DNA from: Octopus sinensis | Taxonomy: Eukaryota | Length of the DNA: 64,000 nt | Assembly: GCF_006345805.1 (NCBI RefSeq) | Contig: NC_043011.1 | Coordinates: 57,548,464-57,612,463 of the forward strand | Direction: 5' to 3' | Shown here: positions 12,311-27,470 of the stretch, piece after piece | How positions within the stretch are numbered: the stretch's first letter is position 1 | Layout of the letters: every line of letters begins with the position of its first letter | Notes under the pieces: model-generated | The model's database searches: none | What the model was told of the DNA's origin: nothing | The model's input: the letters and a program-made list of their open reading frames with translations, nothing else | Position numbers and translations under genes: made by a program

Positions 12311-13873
12311 CTGAAGGCCATCGATTATTAATCGTGTCATTCACCCGAGTTGATTGTTATGTCAATTTGAAGAAGCAAGCCGACCACTTGGCATACAAGA
12401 AATACGACTTGACACTACACATTACTAATTATCTTTAATGACATTGCTAATTATCTTTGAAAAAGATTCCGATTCTTCGTATACGCCACTCGTTTTTAAG
12501 AAGCACCAGCTTAAAGACGTTGAGCATTCAGTGAGTCGGTTCCTTAGGAAAAGCGCAACCCACCGATGTCTCTCAAGCTTGGTGACACCAATTATTGCAT
12601 TGAAATGTGTTAATTGTATTTGTAAGGAGACTGAAAAACTGAAGAGACACGAGAGGCGGAGGTGAGATGTGGTAACGAGAGAAATGAGGTGGGTTGGGCG
12701 CCGAACTAACAAATGCATTGCAGAAAATTTAGTTTAATCCATCACATTTTAGAATTTGAAATCTCGTCGGAGCAGTTTTGTTTTCCGTCCATCGAAGGTT
12801 GCGCGCGCGTGTGTGTATGTGACTATTGTGTGTTTGAAACTATGTATTTTTTATATTATGTGTTTGTGTTTCTAGTATTATTTCTGTTTATACTTGTGCT
12901 TCTGTGTGTGTGTGTGTGTATTTCTTTACTGCTTGTGTTTGTGTGTGTGTGTGTGTGTGTGTAATTTTGTTATGTTGCGCAAATGTGTGAAAGAACCAAT
13001 TGAATAATTCCTAGTAACCCATCAATCGACTTTCTGACTATGCATAAACTTGTCCTCTAGAACGAGGTGGTATATAGTAATTTATCACAAACTGTTACCA
13101 ACGAACTAATCAATCAGCCTAGAAGAACGTATAACATTAGCAAATATATCGAGGTGTTCACACGGGACGTACATTGATGCATTGTATAATATTTAACAGT
13201 ATTAGAGAATAAGTCTTGTATATTAACATTATATTTATTCTTCTTGCTGAAAAACTAAAAAGGATTCTTCTGTAAAACATTACATCTATTTCGAGTGAAG
13301 TCTGTAGTGAGGCCCTGGTCTTTAGGCATCCTCGACACAGAAAGATTGGCCTTCCGGCTGAGTGACAGAAGCCCACTAGCGTGTGCATAATTCATGGGTG
13401 TGCGAACCTGTATCTTTACCTAGCGGTTGAATATACTCTACCGTTCAATTGTAAGCTTGTTAGGGCAAAAAGCAGCAGATTAAAGTGTATCTCTACCCAC
13501 AAAAGGCGAAGAGAATCTGCATCGTATCTGTCCAACAAAAATTATAAAATATCAGGATTGGGAATGAGAGTCGACAGTCAGCGACATCGGCAGACATGCG
13601 ACAGGGTGAGAAAGAAAGACGACCTTACGTTTTGTTAAGTGTGAGTGAAACTATGTTTATTTGAGGAGGTCAAATAAGATCGAAACGTACCCAATGCCGT
13701 CAACATTTAGCTTAAAGTGAATAGTCTTTTCTAGACTTTAATTGTTATTTTTTAAAAAAACATTCATTTTAATATATTTAGTAAGTGATATATTGCGTGT
13801 GTTTAAACGTCAATCACCTGCAGAGGGGGATGTATCTATTTATGCGAATAATGCCAAGTTATAAAAGATTCTC

Positions 13874-13906
<33 letters not shown>

Positions 13907-14042
13907 TGTATGTATGTATGTATGTATGTATGTATGAATATATGTATGTACGTGTGTATGTGAATGTGTATGTATGCATGTATGTATGTGTGTGTATGTA
14001 TGTATGTATGTATGTGTATATGTATGTATGTATGAACGTATG

Positions 14043-14073
<31 letters not shown>

Positions 14074-14089
14074 GTCAGTGACCAAAAGC

Positions 14090-14240
14090 ATCTTGGCAGG
14101 AAGTGTGCTGTGAAAAGGACTAAGAGACCGTTAAAGGAGTTTGTTGACTGGCGACATCAAAGAATGGATCGGAACAAGAGCCAGGTTGATTGCATGTGTC
14201 ACAGCACAACACAGAATGAACCTACGAGTCTTGGATGGCC
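14090..14240 (+). mobile_element. possible RTE-clade LINE 3' remnant
   Basis: AGSVL*KGLRDR*RSLLTGDIKEWIG...TAQHR resembles the RTE C-terminal G...G.R.RGR...W.DDIKEWTG...AQDR motif; degenerate. Confidence 0.35.
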
Positions 14241-14310
14241 GAAATATGGATGCGGGGAGCGTACCTGGATGATGATATGTACAGGCAAAATGATGTGTGA
14301 AAAAAAACAG

Positions 14311-14344
<34 letters not shown>

Positions 14345-14443
14345 AATCCCAAAATGAAGGACAGACAAACACAGAAAAACAACAACGCAAGGACGTGGTA
14401 CATGTAAAGTATTAGCAGACGCTCAGGGTAGGAAAGAAAGATG

Positions 14444-14479
14444 GTTTAACGTTTCGAGCAGACGCTCTCCTTCGGAAAC
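14444..14479 (-). ncRNA. degenerate Penelope-type minimal hammerhead ribozyme (two core substitutions)
   Basis: Minus strand GUUU-CCGAAGG-A-GAGC-GUCU-GCUC-GAAA-CG-UU-AAAC. Stem I GUUU/AAAC, stem II GAGC/GCUC, ACGU stem III. Core differs from CUGAAGA at U4C and A9G. Confidence 0.65.
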
Positions 14480-15355
14480 AGAGGGAAGTTCAATAGAAGG
14501 GAAGACGGAGGAAGAAAATCGACAACGATTCCCATTTGGTTACATTTTGTAATATATATTTTTTACAGGACACGTTTTGATTTTGAAAATAAAGCTCCTA
14601 TCATTCAACACTACGGTAGTTGAATAATATTCTTAAATCCGTCCTTTTTTCTAACACGAACCATCTTTCAGAGCTTGTCGCTAATTCAGTTCTTAACGAA
14701 ATTGAAACCTGTTAACGGTTTTGAAGTGGACTGGTCCCTAGCTACATTTGGGCATAAAAAATTGAGATTCGATCCAGAAGAAAAAAGTTTATCTCAAAAT
14801 TTGTAGCAACGTTATAGGAGAAGAAGTAAGTCCAGCAATCAAGTTTGGATGTAAATAACTTTTTATTTATTTTAAAAGCAAAATATATTTATCTTATCTT
14901 CTATGAGAGAAGGTAGCATGAAGAGTGTCATAGTTTTGTTCCCATGTTTCTCAAATTTGATGGTGATAATATAGATTTATAAGAGGATTTTTAATATATG
15001 TCACCGGCATCATTGAGGTGAGGAAAACATTATCAACGACACTGCTTATTGGAACATTTGACACGTTGTTAATTAGCATAATAGCATAGCGTGGAAAAAA
15101 ACATGGATTACATGGAAAAATGCGAGCAAGAGAAATAATATTCTTAATGTTATAAACCTGGAAAATTACAGGACAAGTTGTTACACTTGGGAAAGTTCAG
15201 AACAAGAAAATACTTACTAAGGCATAGTTCCATTATGCCTTTAAACTGTAATCACCTCAGAATACGGACCGTGATCTGAAGAGACATGTATGGGTGGAAA
15301 CACGAGTAGCGATGTATTAAATGCTCAAAAATCCCATCCAAGGATTATTTTTATG

Positions 15356-15392
<37 letters not shown>

Positions 15393-16362
15393 TGGAAGTC
15401 TATAAGAATTACTCATTGCAGTTTTGAAATGTAAAGGTGATTTTAAAAAAAAGTATTCAAAAAATACAATGAGATCGTTTATCAGCATATTGCTAACTTT
15501 TTGGGAAGAAGAGTTTTCAACTGTGTGAGCGCTCTCGATTAACCTTTTCATACACACACACACACACATACATACACACACATGCGCGCACACACACACA
15601 CACACACACGGACTCAAAGTTTTGTATATATATATATATATTATGCATACACCAACTTACACATGTTGTCACACACGTTTTGACTGTCCAATTCTGTATA
15701 CAAACTTTTAGTCAACTGGAATCTGTGTAAAAGATATTTACTCGAAATGCCGCGAAGCAGAGTTGACCTGGGAATCCCATCTTTGCAAAGTGAACTTGTT
15801 TGAAACACGCAGCTATATCTGCTGCACTTATTAATCTTAATACACGTTCACTTCATTTATGCCGCGAAAACCTGCAGAAAAATAACAAAGAGAAGAAAAT
15901 AAAAGAAAAAATACTCTAATCGCCATAGATTTTGAAGATTTATTATGAATTCTGAGGGTGATATCAGGAAATGCGAACAGTGGTGCTACTACTAAATTTC
16001 AATTCCCACCTTTAACAGAATTGGAATTCAATGACGTGATAGTTTTTTTTTTTGCAAATAAATTTTCTGCTTTATCTTCGCTCATCTCTGCACTTGTACT
16101 GGGAACCCAAGAACCTAATCAAACAACAAGAGCAACCGAAAGGACAGAATCAAAACAGCTGCAAGAATGTTAGACGGTTGCAGATTCAATGGAAATAAGG
16201 CAGCAGAAGAATTCGTTTTGTTTTTCTCTTTATTCTTTGACCTTTAGATAACGAGAATGCTATGATAACAAATAGGTTTCCTATCCTTTCATCTGACACT
16301 GAATAATATCAGCTTTATTTCCAATGACCGAACGCTGCCTAAATACATAATATACCGTTATA

Positions 16363-16412
<50 letters not shown>

Positions 16413-16508
16413 TGTCATGTACATCATATATGTTTTATATTTATATATATATACATATTATATATATATATATATATATATTATATACATATATATATAT
16501 ATATATAG

Positions 16509-16566
<58 letters not shown>

Positions 16567-16581
16567 CATACATATACATAT

Positions 16582-16614
<33 letters not shown>

Positions 16615-16661
16615 CATATGCACATACTTCCATACAAATATATATATGTACATATATATAT

Positions 16662-16710
<49 letters not shown>

Positions 16711-17003
16711 GTATGTGTGTATGTATGTCTGTATTGTTTGTACTTAGACATATTTCTAAATAAAGAAGTGTAGTATAGGAAAGAAAGAAAGAAAGAAAGA
16801 GAGTAAAAATCAATAATGTTATAAATGTCTACAGTTCAGAAAGGTACATAAAGCAGATCACTAACTCCAGATTCGATAGCCTTAAGTATATTAGAAAATA
16901 AATCATCCCTTGAATAGCGGTTCACTCTCTTTTGCCTCCTCCTCCTTCTTCTTCTTCTTCTTCTTCTTCTTCTTCTTCTTCTTCTTCTTCTTCTTCTTCT
17001 TCT

Positions 17004-17042
<39 letters not shown>

Positions 17043-17178
17043 CTTACTCTCTCTATTTCTCAGCTAGTAGAGTTAAGGCCATCAGACTTACCGCAACCCC
17101 TAGGCTTTACTTAATCTCGTTGATGACGTTTCTTGATGCAGCATGCGATACACACGCACATACACACGCAGGTATGTG

Positions 17179-17248
<70 letters not shown>

Positions 17249-17302
17249 CATCCATCCATCCATCCATCCATCCATCCATCCATCCATCCATACATACATA
17301 CA

Positions 17303-17335
<33 letters not shown>

Positions 17336-17638
17336 GTCTATACTAATTTATAATTATATAGATATAATTATAGTAAAGGTTGCTGATAAACAACACCAAC
17401 GTGCTTGATATAGACGCCAAATAGCTCTAGAAGACCACTTCTTGCACTCCATTAGCACAGGTTGCAAGCGAGAAAATGAATAAAGAAGAATTTTTAAAAA
17501 AGGGTTAATTATAGATCGATTTCTAGCTTAGAGATATAAAATGCTGTCTTCAGCATATGATATACCCCTATAGTACATAATTGCAAATATGAATAATACA
17601 TATCCACATGTATACACGAGTCAAACCTAATGTATGTA

Positions 17639-17687
<49 letters not shown>

Positions 17688-17694
17688 TATAATA

Positions 17695-17728
<34 letters not shown>

Positions 17729-17776
17729 CATCTATACAAACGCTGGCTGTTTTTCTATTTGATTAATGATTTTTCC

Positions 17777-17877
<101 letters not shown>

Positions 17878-18219
17878 AAGAGAGAAAGAGAAAGAGAGAG
17901 AAAGAGAGAGAGTTGATGTATAAACATCAGAAAATGTATCCAAAACATATTATTGGCTGAGTGCGCTAAGTGATGCAACGTAGAGCAGATGGCAAAGTCA
18001 CTGAAATATTTCAGAAACCAGTGAAATAACAACTGAAGCTTTCTATGTGTTATACATTACTCTGGCGCCCGGAGCATCGGGCTTTTGAAGCTTATCGATC
18101 TACACATACATATCACATCGACTGCTAAGCGTTATGTGAACTCCTATAAATACTTAGTTGGGTTATCCTATCAATACTCTTAACTAACTGGTACTTCGTC
18201 AGTTACGAATGGAGGGCTC

Positions 18220-18375
18220 AAGTTGACCCGATAAAAGGGAACTGGTTGCTTGTGCAATTAAACGTTCAAGTGGATAAGCACCCCGCAGACTCGCGTACCC
18301 TTAACCGGGAAATTCAACGTGACGCAGAATGCATCCAGGCTCGCCTTTTTGAGCTACAGGTATAAATCAATTTTG
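18220..18375 (-). mobile_element. SINE family D fragment
   Basis: Similar to 20323-20459 and 28160-28463 (AACGTGCAAGTGGCTGAGCA...GTACCCTTAAC). Confidence 0.6.
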
Positions 18376-20322
18376 CTAGCTGTGTCAACTGGGTCAACAT
18401 CTATGCTCTTATCTTTACCAAAACTTATTTCGTTTTTGGATTTGGTTTGCAAGATTCTTTACATGAGTTCGTGTGTTGAAGCATATTCTGTTGTGTCTGG
18501 GGAGAGTCATTTTCTTTTTGTGCCTTATGTTTTAACACACTCACCGGTAAAATTTCCACTTTTTTCTTATTTTTATTGTCCTAAAATTTTCGTTGCATCT
18601 TGCAACCTTTTCAATAGTTTTTACCGGCACAAAAAGAAAATGACTCTCCCCAGACACAACAAAATTTACCAAAGCTGTTATATCACAATATCTGAGATTC
18701 GTCTTCGTGTTTTGAAAATACTGTCACTTTTCTAAAACAGTAATCTGTTATCGAATGCTATTGTTTGTAAGCCAGTCGAACTCAAATCAGCAAATTCTAC
18801 ACTATTCCAACACCGAGCCTGATTTTCTCTTGTCTTCTTCTTGTGATACTGCAGTGGTAACTATTTATTACAAGTTCATGATTCTTTGTTAATTTTATGT
18901 CAACCTCAATTAATCGTGCTCGAGTGAACGCCTCTGCTTTTTGTCACCTGAATGTGTCTAATCCCACACGATTTTCCTTTTCACGTTTTCCTGCCAACAT
19001 GCAACAGTTGAAATTAATCGAACGTGTTGCTAACAACTTTGTATATATAACAACTGGCATTGTTCTTACAACTCCCTATATAAAATCGTTAATGTCAAAA
19101 TTTTTCCTATCGCCGTACGAAATCGCTTTTTAAAACGAACACCTAACCCAAACTTTGATTGTATTATGCGATAACTAACTGCCTTTTCGATTCATGTCGA
19201 TAGAAATTTCACCAACACAAAAACAGCTGAGAAGATAACAATGAAAAAATATTTCGCCGTGAAATGTAATGTTTTTCTTACAAAACAACAACAGGTTTTC
19301 AATTGATCATTCTGTATATTCTTAGATCAACATCTCGATAAAGTTTTTGCTTACACACTGTAGATAGCAGTGCAAATAGGGCATTTAAAAAAAAATTCTG
19401 TAATAACTTTAAGAATAAAAATGTAAAGCTTTTCTTTAAACAAACAACCGTAAACGAGCGAACTATTTCCACTCCCTACATCAACTCAATACAATTTTCG
19501 TTTGATACACAACAGATAACAATGAAAACAAACTGTTTTATTATTTTTTTTACTGCTGTAAACAAGACAAGTAAAAGAAATGCTCATGCGACAGAAGGTG
19601 TCGGTTTTCAGTTGAGCGAACCCGCCACAGCCACAGATCGACATTTCAATATATTCTGCAAATTCTTTGTCATAACAATCACAAATCATATCTCAAGCCT
19701 ATAAAAGTTAATTACTGACGCTAAAATTTCAAGTGCTTTCAGCATTAGTTATCTACCGAACTACAAAAGCTTTCAATAATCGAACTTACCATTCCCTTTA
19801 AGGAAAGCTCATTCTTACCGAGAGAATTGTGTTTGTTTTTAAAATCGAAAATTTCGTGCTGTGTTCAATAATTCGTCAACTGACAGCCAAGTAATTAATG
19901 AATAATCTTCTGTCCGTTACAGTAAATATGCACATATTTACATACATATACATACATATACTCACGCGAGTGCATACACACACACACACATGGAGGCGGC
20001 GAACTAACTCGGTGTGTTTACATCCTTTCTGCCTACAGAATTTTTCTCCATGACAAAATACAGGGAATGGTATTCTAATGGATTCGAATGTTTCAAGCAT
20101 ATTTGAATTAGTAACAAGTTTGTATATATCTATCAGTAAGTAATAACTAAAGAAAATAGTCTAATACTAGGGCATATAAGCCCTCGACGGAAAAAAGTAG
20201 GGTTCTTCCAGGCGTACGAGAACACTACTTCTTTCCTCAGGCGATATGTAAACATTGTCTTCGTAAGTTCAAATCCTCTCTGTCGTACCTATATAATTTT
20301 TTCAATTATATATTTATTTATT

Positions 20323-20459
20323 TACTCGGGCACTCCGTCGGTTACGACGCAGAGGTTTTCAGTTGATCCAATCAACGGAACAGCCTGCACGGGCAGTTAA
20401 CGTGCAAATGGCTGAGCATTCCACAGACAAGTGTACCCTTAACGTAGTTCTTGGGGAGA
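20323..20459 (-). mobile_element. SINE family D 3' fragment
   Basis: GGCACTCCGTCGGTTACGACG...GTACCCTTAACGTAGTTC, shared with 28160-28463. Confidence 0.7.
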
Positions 20460-22049
20460 AAGTGAAAGCGAAATCAAGGTAATGTAGTGACTGAGTTGAA
20501 GGCTTCAGAATCGCATCATTATTACTAAGGAAAACGAATCATGGAAATGTTCTTCTCCTCGCAAGCGTCTCACAAAGATTCCATACACGAGGTGTAGAGG
20601 GTGTGACGAATTGATGTAGTTAGAATATCGAAGCAACCGTTAGATTATAACAGGTTCTATCTCTGTTTAAAGTTTAAAAGCAATCAACCAACACAGAAAA
20701 ATACGATCAGGTGAGTTGATAATAATATTTTGATGATATATAACCAGTGGAGACTGGAATGGATTTGGTCTTTACTTTCTTCAACCAATATAGGTTTGAT
20801 AAACAGGATCCTTAATCGAATCTATTTCACACATACACACGTCATGTATTCATTAATGGCTGGTCGTTTACACATTTAATATAATAGATATAAGATATAG
20901 CAACACTTACGAAATGCAAAAAGTGTCACATAATTTCAAATTCAAAATGCTAAAGTTACGCTGAAACAGGAAAACTAAATCAACTTTTTATATTGGGAAT
21001 TCATTAATTCTCTCTGTCGAGACATTATCTATTACTACCCGGATATTGAAACCTATTAAATGAACAGATCTATATTGAGCGTATCAAAGATTTCAGTAAC
21101 CATTCAAATGTTAGATATCGGAGCCGATATCAAACTTTTATTGAAATGATATTAGGAAAGATGAAAGTCACTAGACTCTAATTTATATAATAGTAGTAGA
21201 CCCGTCATAAGAAAACTGCCAGTGTGGCTGAATCACAACTTTTTACTTTCTAATTTTGGAGCAAAGGTAGCAGTTCAGAGGAGAGGGCAAAGGCGATTAC
21301 ATCCGATTCAGCACTTGAATAGTACTTTATTTTATCGATCCTGAAATAATAAAAAAGCACGATTGATCACGGTGGCATTTGAACTCAAAACATTATGAAC
21401 CGGAGGAAATGTCATTTACATTTTGACCGACCTGCTTAACAATTCTGCCAGTTCGCTGTCTGAAGCTCTATCATATAATGAAAATTATTTTCTGTTCTGA
21501 CTCTTCGCGTTCCGACCACAATTCTTACACCAGAAGTTATTCCAAGCTGTGTGGGCACCATTTTCTCTTTGGAAATCGTCGGTGACCGAAAACGTAGGGG
21601 CCTGTATAAACGTGCAACTAGTAGTCTTTCATACACACCGACACAAATGTAACTTGCTCGGGTGTGTACAATGGAGAGAAAATGTCATTGTGTAGAGACT
21701 CAGATAGGAGTTTAAGGCAGGCAAGAAACGCCATTTCGAAATTTCACATATTTAAAGCTATTTTGAGAATTCTCTTTATATTCTCGAACCCGATTATTAG
21801 ATGATTATAATATTTAGTTTAATTTCATTGAAAATATTTTTTAACAGACAAGCATGATTAATTTCCCTCTAAATATCGTGTACGATATTACGCATTGAAT
21901 TCAGGCAACGAAAGCCATTGCGTACATCACAAAAGAATGTTGTTTTTCGGAATTCTCTTTATCGTTTCGAATGTAATCCTTTCAAACATGAAGTACTTGA
22001 TGATGCTATTTACTTTACTTTCTTTAAATGTTTATTTAAAAAGGTCGAA

Positions 22050-22330
22050 ATGCATTTGCTACTGCACCAGACCGACCGATGCCCTCTAAGTGAATTTGGT
22101 AGACGGAGACCGTGCTGAACCCCATCATGTGTGTGTGTGTGTGTATGTGTGATCCATCACCGCTTGCCTCTTTACTTACCCGAAGATTAGCGATTCGCCT
22201 AGAGCACCGATAGAACAAGTACCACATTTTAAAATATAAGTACTAGAGTCGATTTGTTCATCCAAACTCCTTTAAGGTTGTGCCCCAGCATGGCCGCAGT
22301 CGAATGAGTGAAACAAGTAAAAGATAGGAG
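22050..22330 (+). mobile_element. degenerate SINE family B fragment
   Basis: GTGAATTTGGTAGACGG...CCAGCATGGCCGCAGTC...GAAACAAGTAAAAG. Confidence 0.65.
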
Positions 22331-23594
22331 ATAAAAGCTGATAAATCCTCCCGTGAAGATCAAACACAATATTACGCATCTCTTGCTAAAGTATTCGCAG
22401 CAGCACAAAACTAAACGAAGAAAAAGAGAAGCAAACGCGGAAATTTATGTATATGGATTCTGGTTGGTGATGACATTAAAACATCATGAGACCAATTCCA
22501 TGAAATATTCTCGAAATGGCAGGTCTTTTTTCTAAAAGCCGACATTAGTATTGATTCAATTAACATTACTTGGAAATTCAACGCATTCTCCATGTTAGGC
22601 AGTTAGGAAATTTACATATGTTAGAGCACATTATGTTGTCAAAACGAATTACGGAACGAAGAAAACATCTTTGGTGAGTGGGAAGAGCAACATCATGAGT
22701 TGCAGGATTCAATTCACATGTAGAGCATAAATCATTTTATCAAATTATCAACTCTTTAATTAGACGAAGATCAAATGATAGCAGGTCCATTCTTTTGATA
22801 GAGAGAGAGAGAGAGAGAGAGAAAGCATTCGGAATTGATATATATTTGTTAATGAAAGGCTTTTAATTATGCTTTCAAACCTGAGTACAAGCATATGAGA
22901 GTGGTTAATAATTTTGTTTCACGCTATGTAACTCCGAGTTCAATTCTTTTACAGGGTAATCTGAATAAATGTCTTCCACTAGAAGCAGGTATTAATCAAT
23001 GTATTTGTTGTGGAAATTCGTTGAGGTTGACTGTGAATAAGTTTGTCTGTGTAAGTCATCCGTTGATATGTAGCAGTATGAAATCAGAGCGAAGAAATTC
23101 GCAGTATTCGTTCTGTACCGAGTTACAAATACTCCCTTGTTACCGTCGACATCAGAACTATGAACCAGCGATTGGCTCGTTCGATGGAAACCTGCAAGCA
23201 ACGAAGACTTATGTTTACAAATTATGGTATATAAAGAAATGAATTGAATTGATCAGCCTAGTTTCATTCATAACGTCATCGATTATGTTGATGGGTTTTT
23301 GTTACTGGTTAATACTAGATTACCACCCTGTACTTAACTCCTTGTCCCCCTACATGGCCTTGCTTTTTGCTTTTGAGCCAAAAAATTAACTAACTAACTA
23401 ACTACTAGGTTTGTTTCCGTAAGTTAAAACAAACGTTACACAAATTTTTCGTTTCTCGGAGGAAGTCACGGAATTATTACAAATCTTCATTTCTTCTATC
23501 AAATCGGAACACTAAATAATCTCACTGGTGTCCGGTCTCGATGATAAAACAAATTTTGGCATTGAAAATGCTGAACAAGAAAGAATATTAATTA

Positions 23595-24260
23595 GGGGCA
23601 GCGAACTGGCAAAACCGCGAGCCCGTCGGACAGATGGCTTAACCACTTTTGCGTCCGTCTTTTAACAAAATGTCTTGGCGACTTTTTCGTCCGTTCATCC
23701 TTTCGGGGTCGTCAAAAGAAGTACCAGTTGAGAACTGAGATCAACCGATTACATCGGATTATCCCCTCTCCCGAAATTCTTAGCTTTCTACCAAAATATG
23801 AATCTAATACAAAACGAAGAGGGCGAATTTTAATTCATCCTTTCGACTGAATGTGAATATTTGCGTGTGTAGCCCACCCCACCGCATTGACACGTCCCCG
23901 TAACCTAGCGCTTCAGCAAAAGTGTCGATAGAATTTCGTCGACCGAATTCACCTGCAAAGGATTGGTTCACCCGGGGCTAGAGTAGAAGACAGTTGCTCC
24001 AAATGCCGCGCAATGAGACCGAACGCGAACAGATTTAACATAGCTCACAGCTATGCTCACCTGACTTAAAAATAAGTATTGAGTTCGTTTTGTCAAATTA
24101 AACCGTTCAAAGTGTTGCCCCAGTATGGTCTCAGTCCATTGGCTGAAACAAGTAAAAAATAATCGATACAGAACATTATTAAAGATATGAGCCAAATCAA
24201 TGCAGACTTTCGAGACAACTCTTAAGAAGATGGAAATATAATAGCCTCGGGTCAAATGTC
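23595..24260. mobile_element. cluster of old SINE A/B fragments in both orientations
   Basis: TTCATCCTTTCGGGGTCG (23695), ACGTCCCCGTAACCTAGCG (23893), GCTGAAACAAGTAAAA (24142). Confidence 0.6.
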
Positions 24261-25744
24261 TGGTTTTCTACTGTTTTGTGTAATAAATGCGATCAGAATT
24301 TATGTAAAATAGACATTTCGAGACGTCCATGTTTTTCCAAAGATGTCACAGTGATTTCTTAACAAAGGAATGTCTTGTGGACCAATGATGATGTTTTCCA
24401 TTATAAGCACAATTATGTTCAAATGAATAAAACGTGAGAAATATTTCGTACACTGGAATACCCTATGCCAGCTCAAAATGAAAAGAAATCCTTGTAGAGG
24501 CTTGGCCGTTGTTGGATGGATACGTGGGAGAAAGCAGGGAACTGTGCACAACAAGAGTCACTTAGTTTGTATCACAAAGTGTCCACTTCACACCTTTTAA
24601 GAAATCAAGAATTTGTCATAATCTCTTTCTACATGAAACAAAGCGTTGCAAATGCGACTGCGACCAACGTACCATTCCTTAGAGAAAAATGTAGACCAAA
24701 GTACCATTCCTCAGAGAAAAAAGTTGGCCAATGTTTCATATATTTACTTGTATTTGAGGTTTGCACAGAAATTTGCATGTGTGCAATTATTGTCTTTTTT
24801 TGTAAATTATATGTGCATCCAAGCGAGTAACAATCGCTTAAGAAATACGAAAGATGATTTAGTCTGAGAACATTTCCCATTGGTCGAAGGCTATGAGGAT
24901 GTCATTTGTCTGAAAAGCCTCCCTCAAGAAATATCGGACGACTCGATACCGCTGAGTATTTTGGTTCTACTTTTAGGATTGTGAGAAGAATGTGGTGACC
25001 GAGAGTTGCAAACTATAAACAACACATATACGACAGAACAAGCTAACTGAAGACTCTCTGGTATTGGGAGTGCAAAAGTAATTTGAGAGCGACGCTGCCA
25101 CAACGGTTTTCGATTCCTCGACAACAGCGAAAGCAGGATTCACAGTATCGATAACAACAAACCCCCATGGGCCCCCACCATTTCTCGTAGTCAAAGATTA
25201 GTCTTTTTTGCTTCTGAAATGTTGCCAGGCATTCACAGTTTTCTCTTTGCAGGACTGTATTGTCAATGGGAAGTCAGTGAGACGATGGATCTATCTGGGT
25301 ATCGATGATAACAATGGAAATAACTTTTCCCGTAGAATTTTCGTGTGCCATATCATGGCCAAATCGGCGAGATGGCAGAATCGTTAGCACGTCGCATAAA
25401 ATGCTTCGCAATATTTCGTAGGTCTTTTATTTCTAAGTTCAAATTCCGCAAAGTTTGCCTTTCATGTTTTTGGGGTCAATTAAATAAGTACCAGTCAAGA
25501 ACTGGGGTCCTGGCAATCGACTAGCCCTTTTCCCCCAAAATCTCAGATCTTCAATGATTTTGAGAGTAAAACCAACAGAGAGAAAGCTGCTGTTAAGGCC
25601 TCCGTTGCTGGATAGGTCAAATGATAGAGTTCAGACTAATATAGACCACATTTTCCCAGGACTGAAATTAACTCCATTGATATTGAGTTTCGACTTACTC
25701 CAGATTATATCGTAGTTGGAATCAATAAGCAAATTTATAATTGA

Positions 25745-26247
25745 GTGAGAGAGCAGTGCATGCCGTCAGTGACACCGGTGTACAATTATACGAAGCCCAA
25801 TATACCCACCATGACTACCCGTCTGATAAGAGAATAGCGGGCACATGCATCACAACCATATGTGCGCAACATGGCGATCTCGTATCAAGATAAACATCGC
25901 ATGACCTTGTAGTTAGAATATTCTTAAGGTCGAGTAGCACATCCTGCTCAATAGGTCCCTGAATAAGGGTTGTTTAAGGATGATCAACGAAACATCCATG
26001 TTTCTATGGCTATGATGCTCCCCCACTACTTCTGCTCGTGATCAGAGATGCACATATCGTCAGCCGTCAAGGTACATGCTCAACTGGTTAAGGTCAAACA
26101 ACTGACAAGCAAATCCGTGGTATTGAGCAGAATATTTGCTGTAACCCATCTGTTATACCAAAGCAAAACAATGTACATGATAACACTTCCAATCATTTAA
26201 GATCAGAAGGTATGAGAGCCAGTGCCTGGTACTGCATCAGGGCATTG

Positions 26248-26250
<3 letters not shown>
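25745..26250 (-). mobile_element. unclassified interspersed repeat abutting an (AAT)n tract
   Basis: Recognised from memory as a frequent octopus repeat; ends precisely at the (ATT)n tract at 26250. No second copy in this window. Confidence 0.4.
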
Positions 26251-26321
<71 letters not shown>

Positions 26322-27470
26322 AAAGTTAAGTAGAATCTGTACAGCCAAAATGCCAACGGTTTCCTATCACATTGCTGTTTATCATTATCTTATTTAATAA
26401 TCGTTATTTCTCTCTTTTCTCGTTCACTATCTCACTCTGGCAATTTGTTATCTCTGCATATGCAAAAGCAAAACAGAAGCCAATACTGAACTCAGTGAAA
26501 TTAGTTGATACATGTTAGCATTTGGTTTCTATCGTTGCCAAGAACATTTTAAAGTTGGGAAATATCAGCTTGTTTCTCATTATTCTACTGTATTGTATTT
26601 CATCGGTTATAGCAAAGAATATTACCAAGCCTTAAGTGAAAATACATTAAAGAAGCGAATCAATAAAATTCATTGTAATATTTGAATATAGATTTGTGTT
26701 GGGAGAGGAATTCTTTTGAAGAATTATCAATTCCAAGATACGTTCCATCAAAATTAGTATCTGCGATGTTTATCGCAAACGATTTAGCAATTGTTTCTGA
26801 TATTGTTTTGTTCGTTTCTTATTTACTTCCTTTTATTTAAAGATAATGGTTTCCATCCTGTTTTCAGCCTACCGGTTCCATAATTATTCTGTGAGATAGT
26901 GGTCGAAGATGGTCATCTCCCTCTGTGAATAATGCATGTTCGTAAGCTACTATTATAAGATTCTCAAAACGAGACTCGAATTATTTGCACGTAGAATGAT
27001 AGACGAGAAGTGAAATAATCCGTTACGAGGTTATTAGAAGACTAACTACCGTCGTACTTTATGAAATGTAACGACGAAGGATTATTTGCGGAATGGTTGC
27101 TTCAGCGCGCTAGAAATGCAAGGCAAATTTACTACGAATCGATGGGCACTTTAGAAAGTGAAGGTTTTGATATGACTGGGAGAAATATGACCGTAGGTCA
27201 CTTGGCTTATAGTAGTTGATCCACGAATACACAACGAGAATGACTCGAACATTACCACCACCATCATCATCACCATCATCATTAGCAGCGGCTGCAGTAG
27301 CAGCAGCAACAACAACAACAACAACATAACAAAATGCCAGTGTGAAATACAAAGCATAGGTAGCTATTTGCATGAGATATTTACTGCGAATACGTCATGG
27401 CATACCAAATTAAGAGCGATATTCATTCGGAGATAATATTTGTTATGGACATACTTTGTTAATGTAATAC

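Noticed and set aside
15150-15235. NLENYR / LGKV..KIL RT-like motifs
   Set aside because: Too short and frameshifted to call, though possibly a very old LINE.
15871-15915. Strong minus-strand splice acceptor
   Set aside because: All frames stop within 12 codons, there is no good donor, and it runs into a SINE head remnant.
22895-23242. 115-aa non-repetitive ORF
   Set aside because: No recognisable domain or convincing splice or promoter context; length is compatible with chance.
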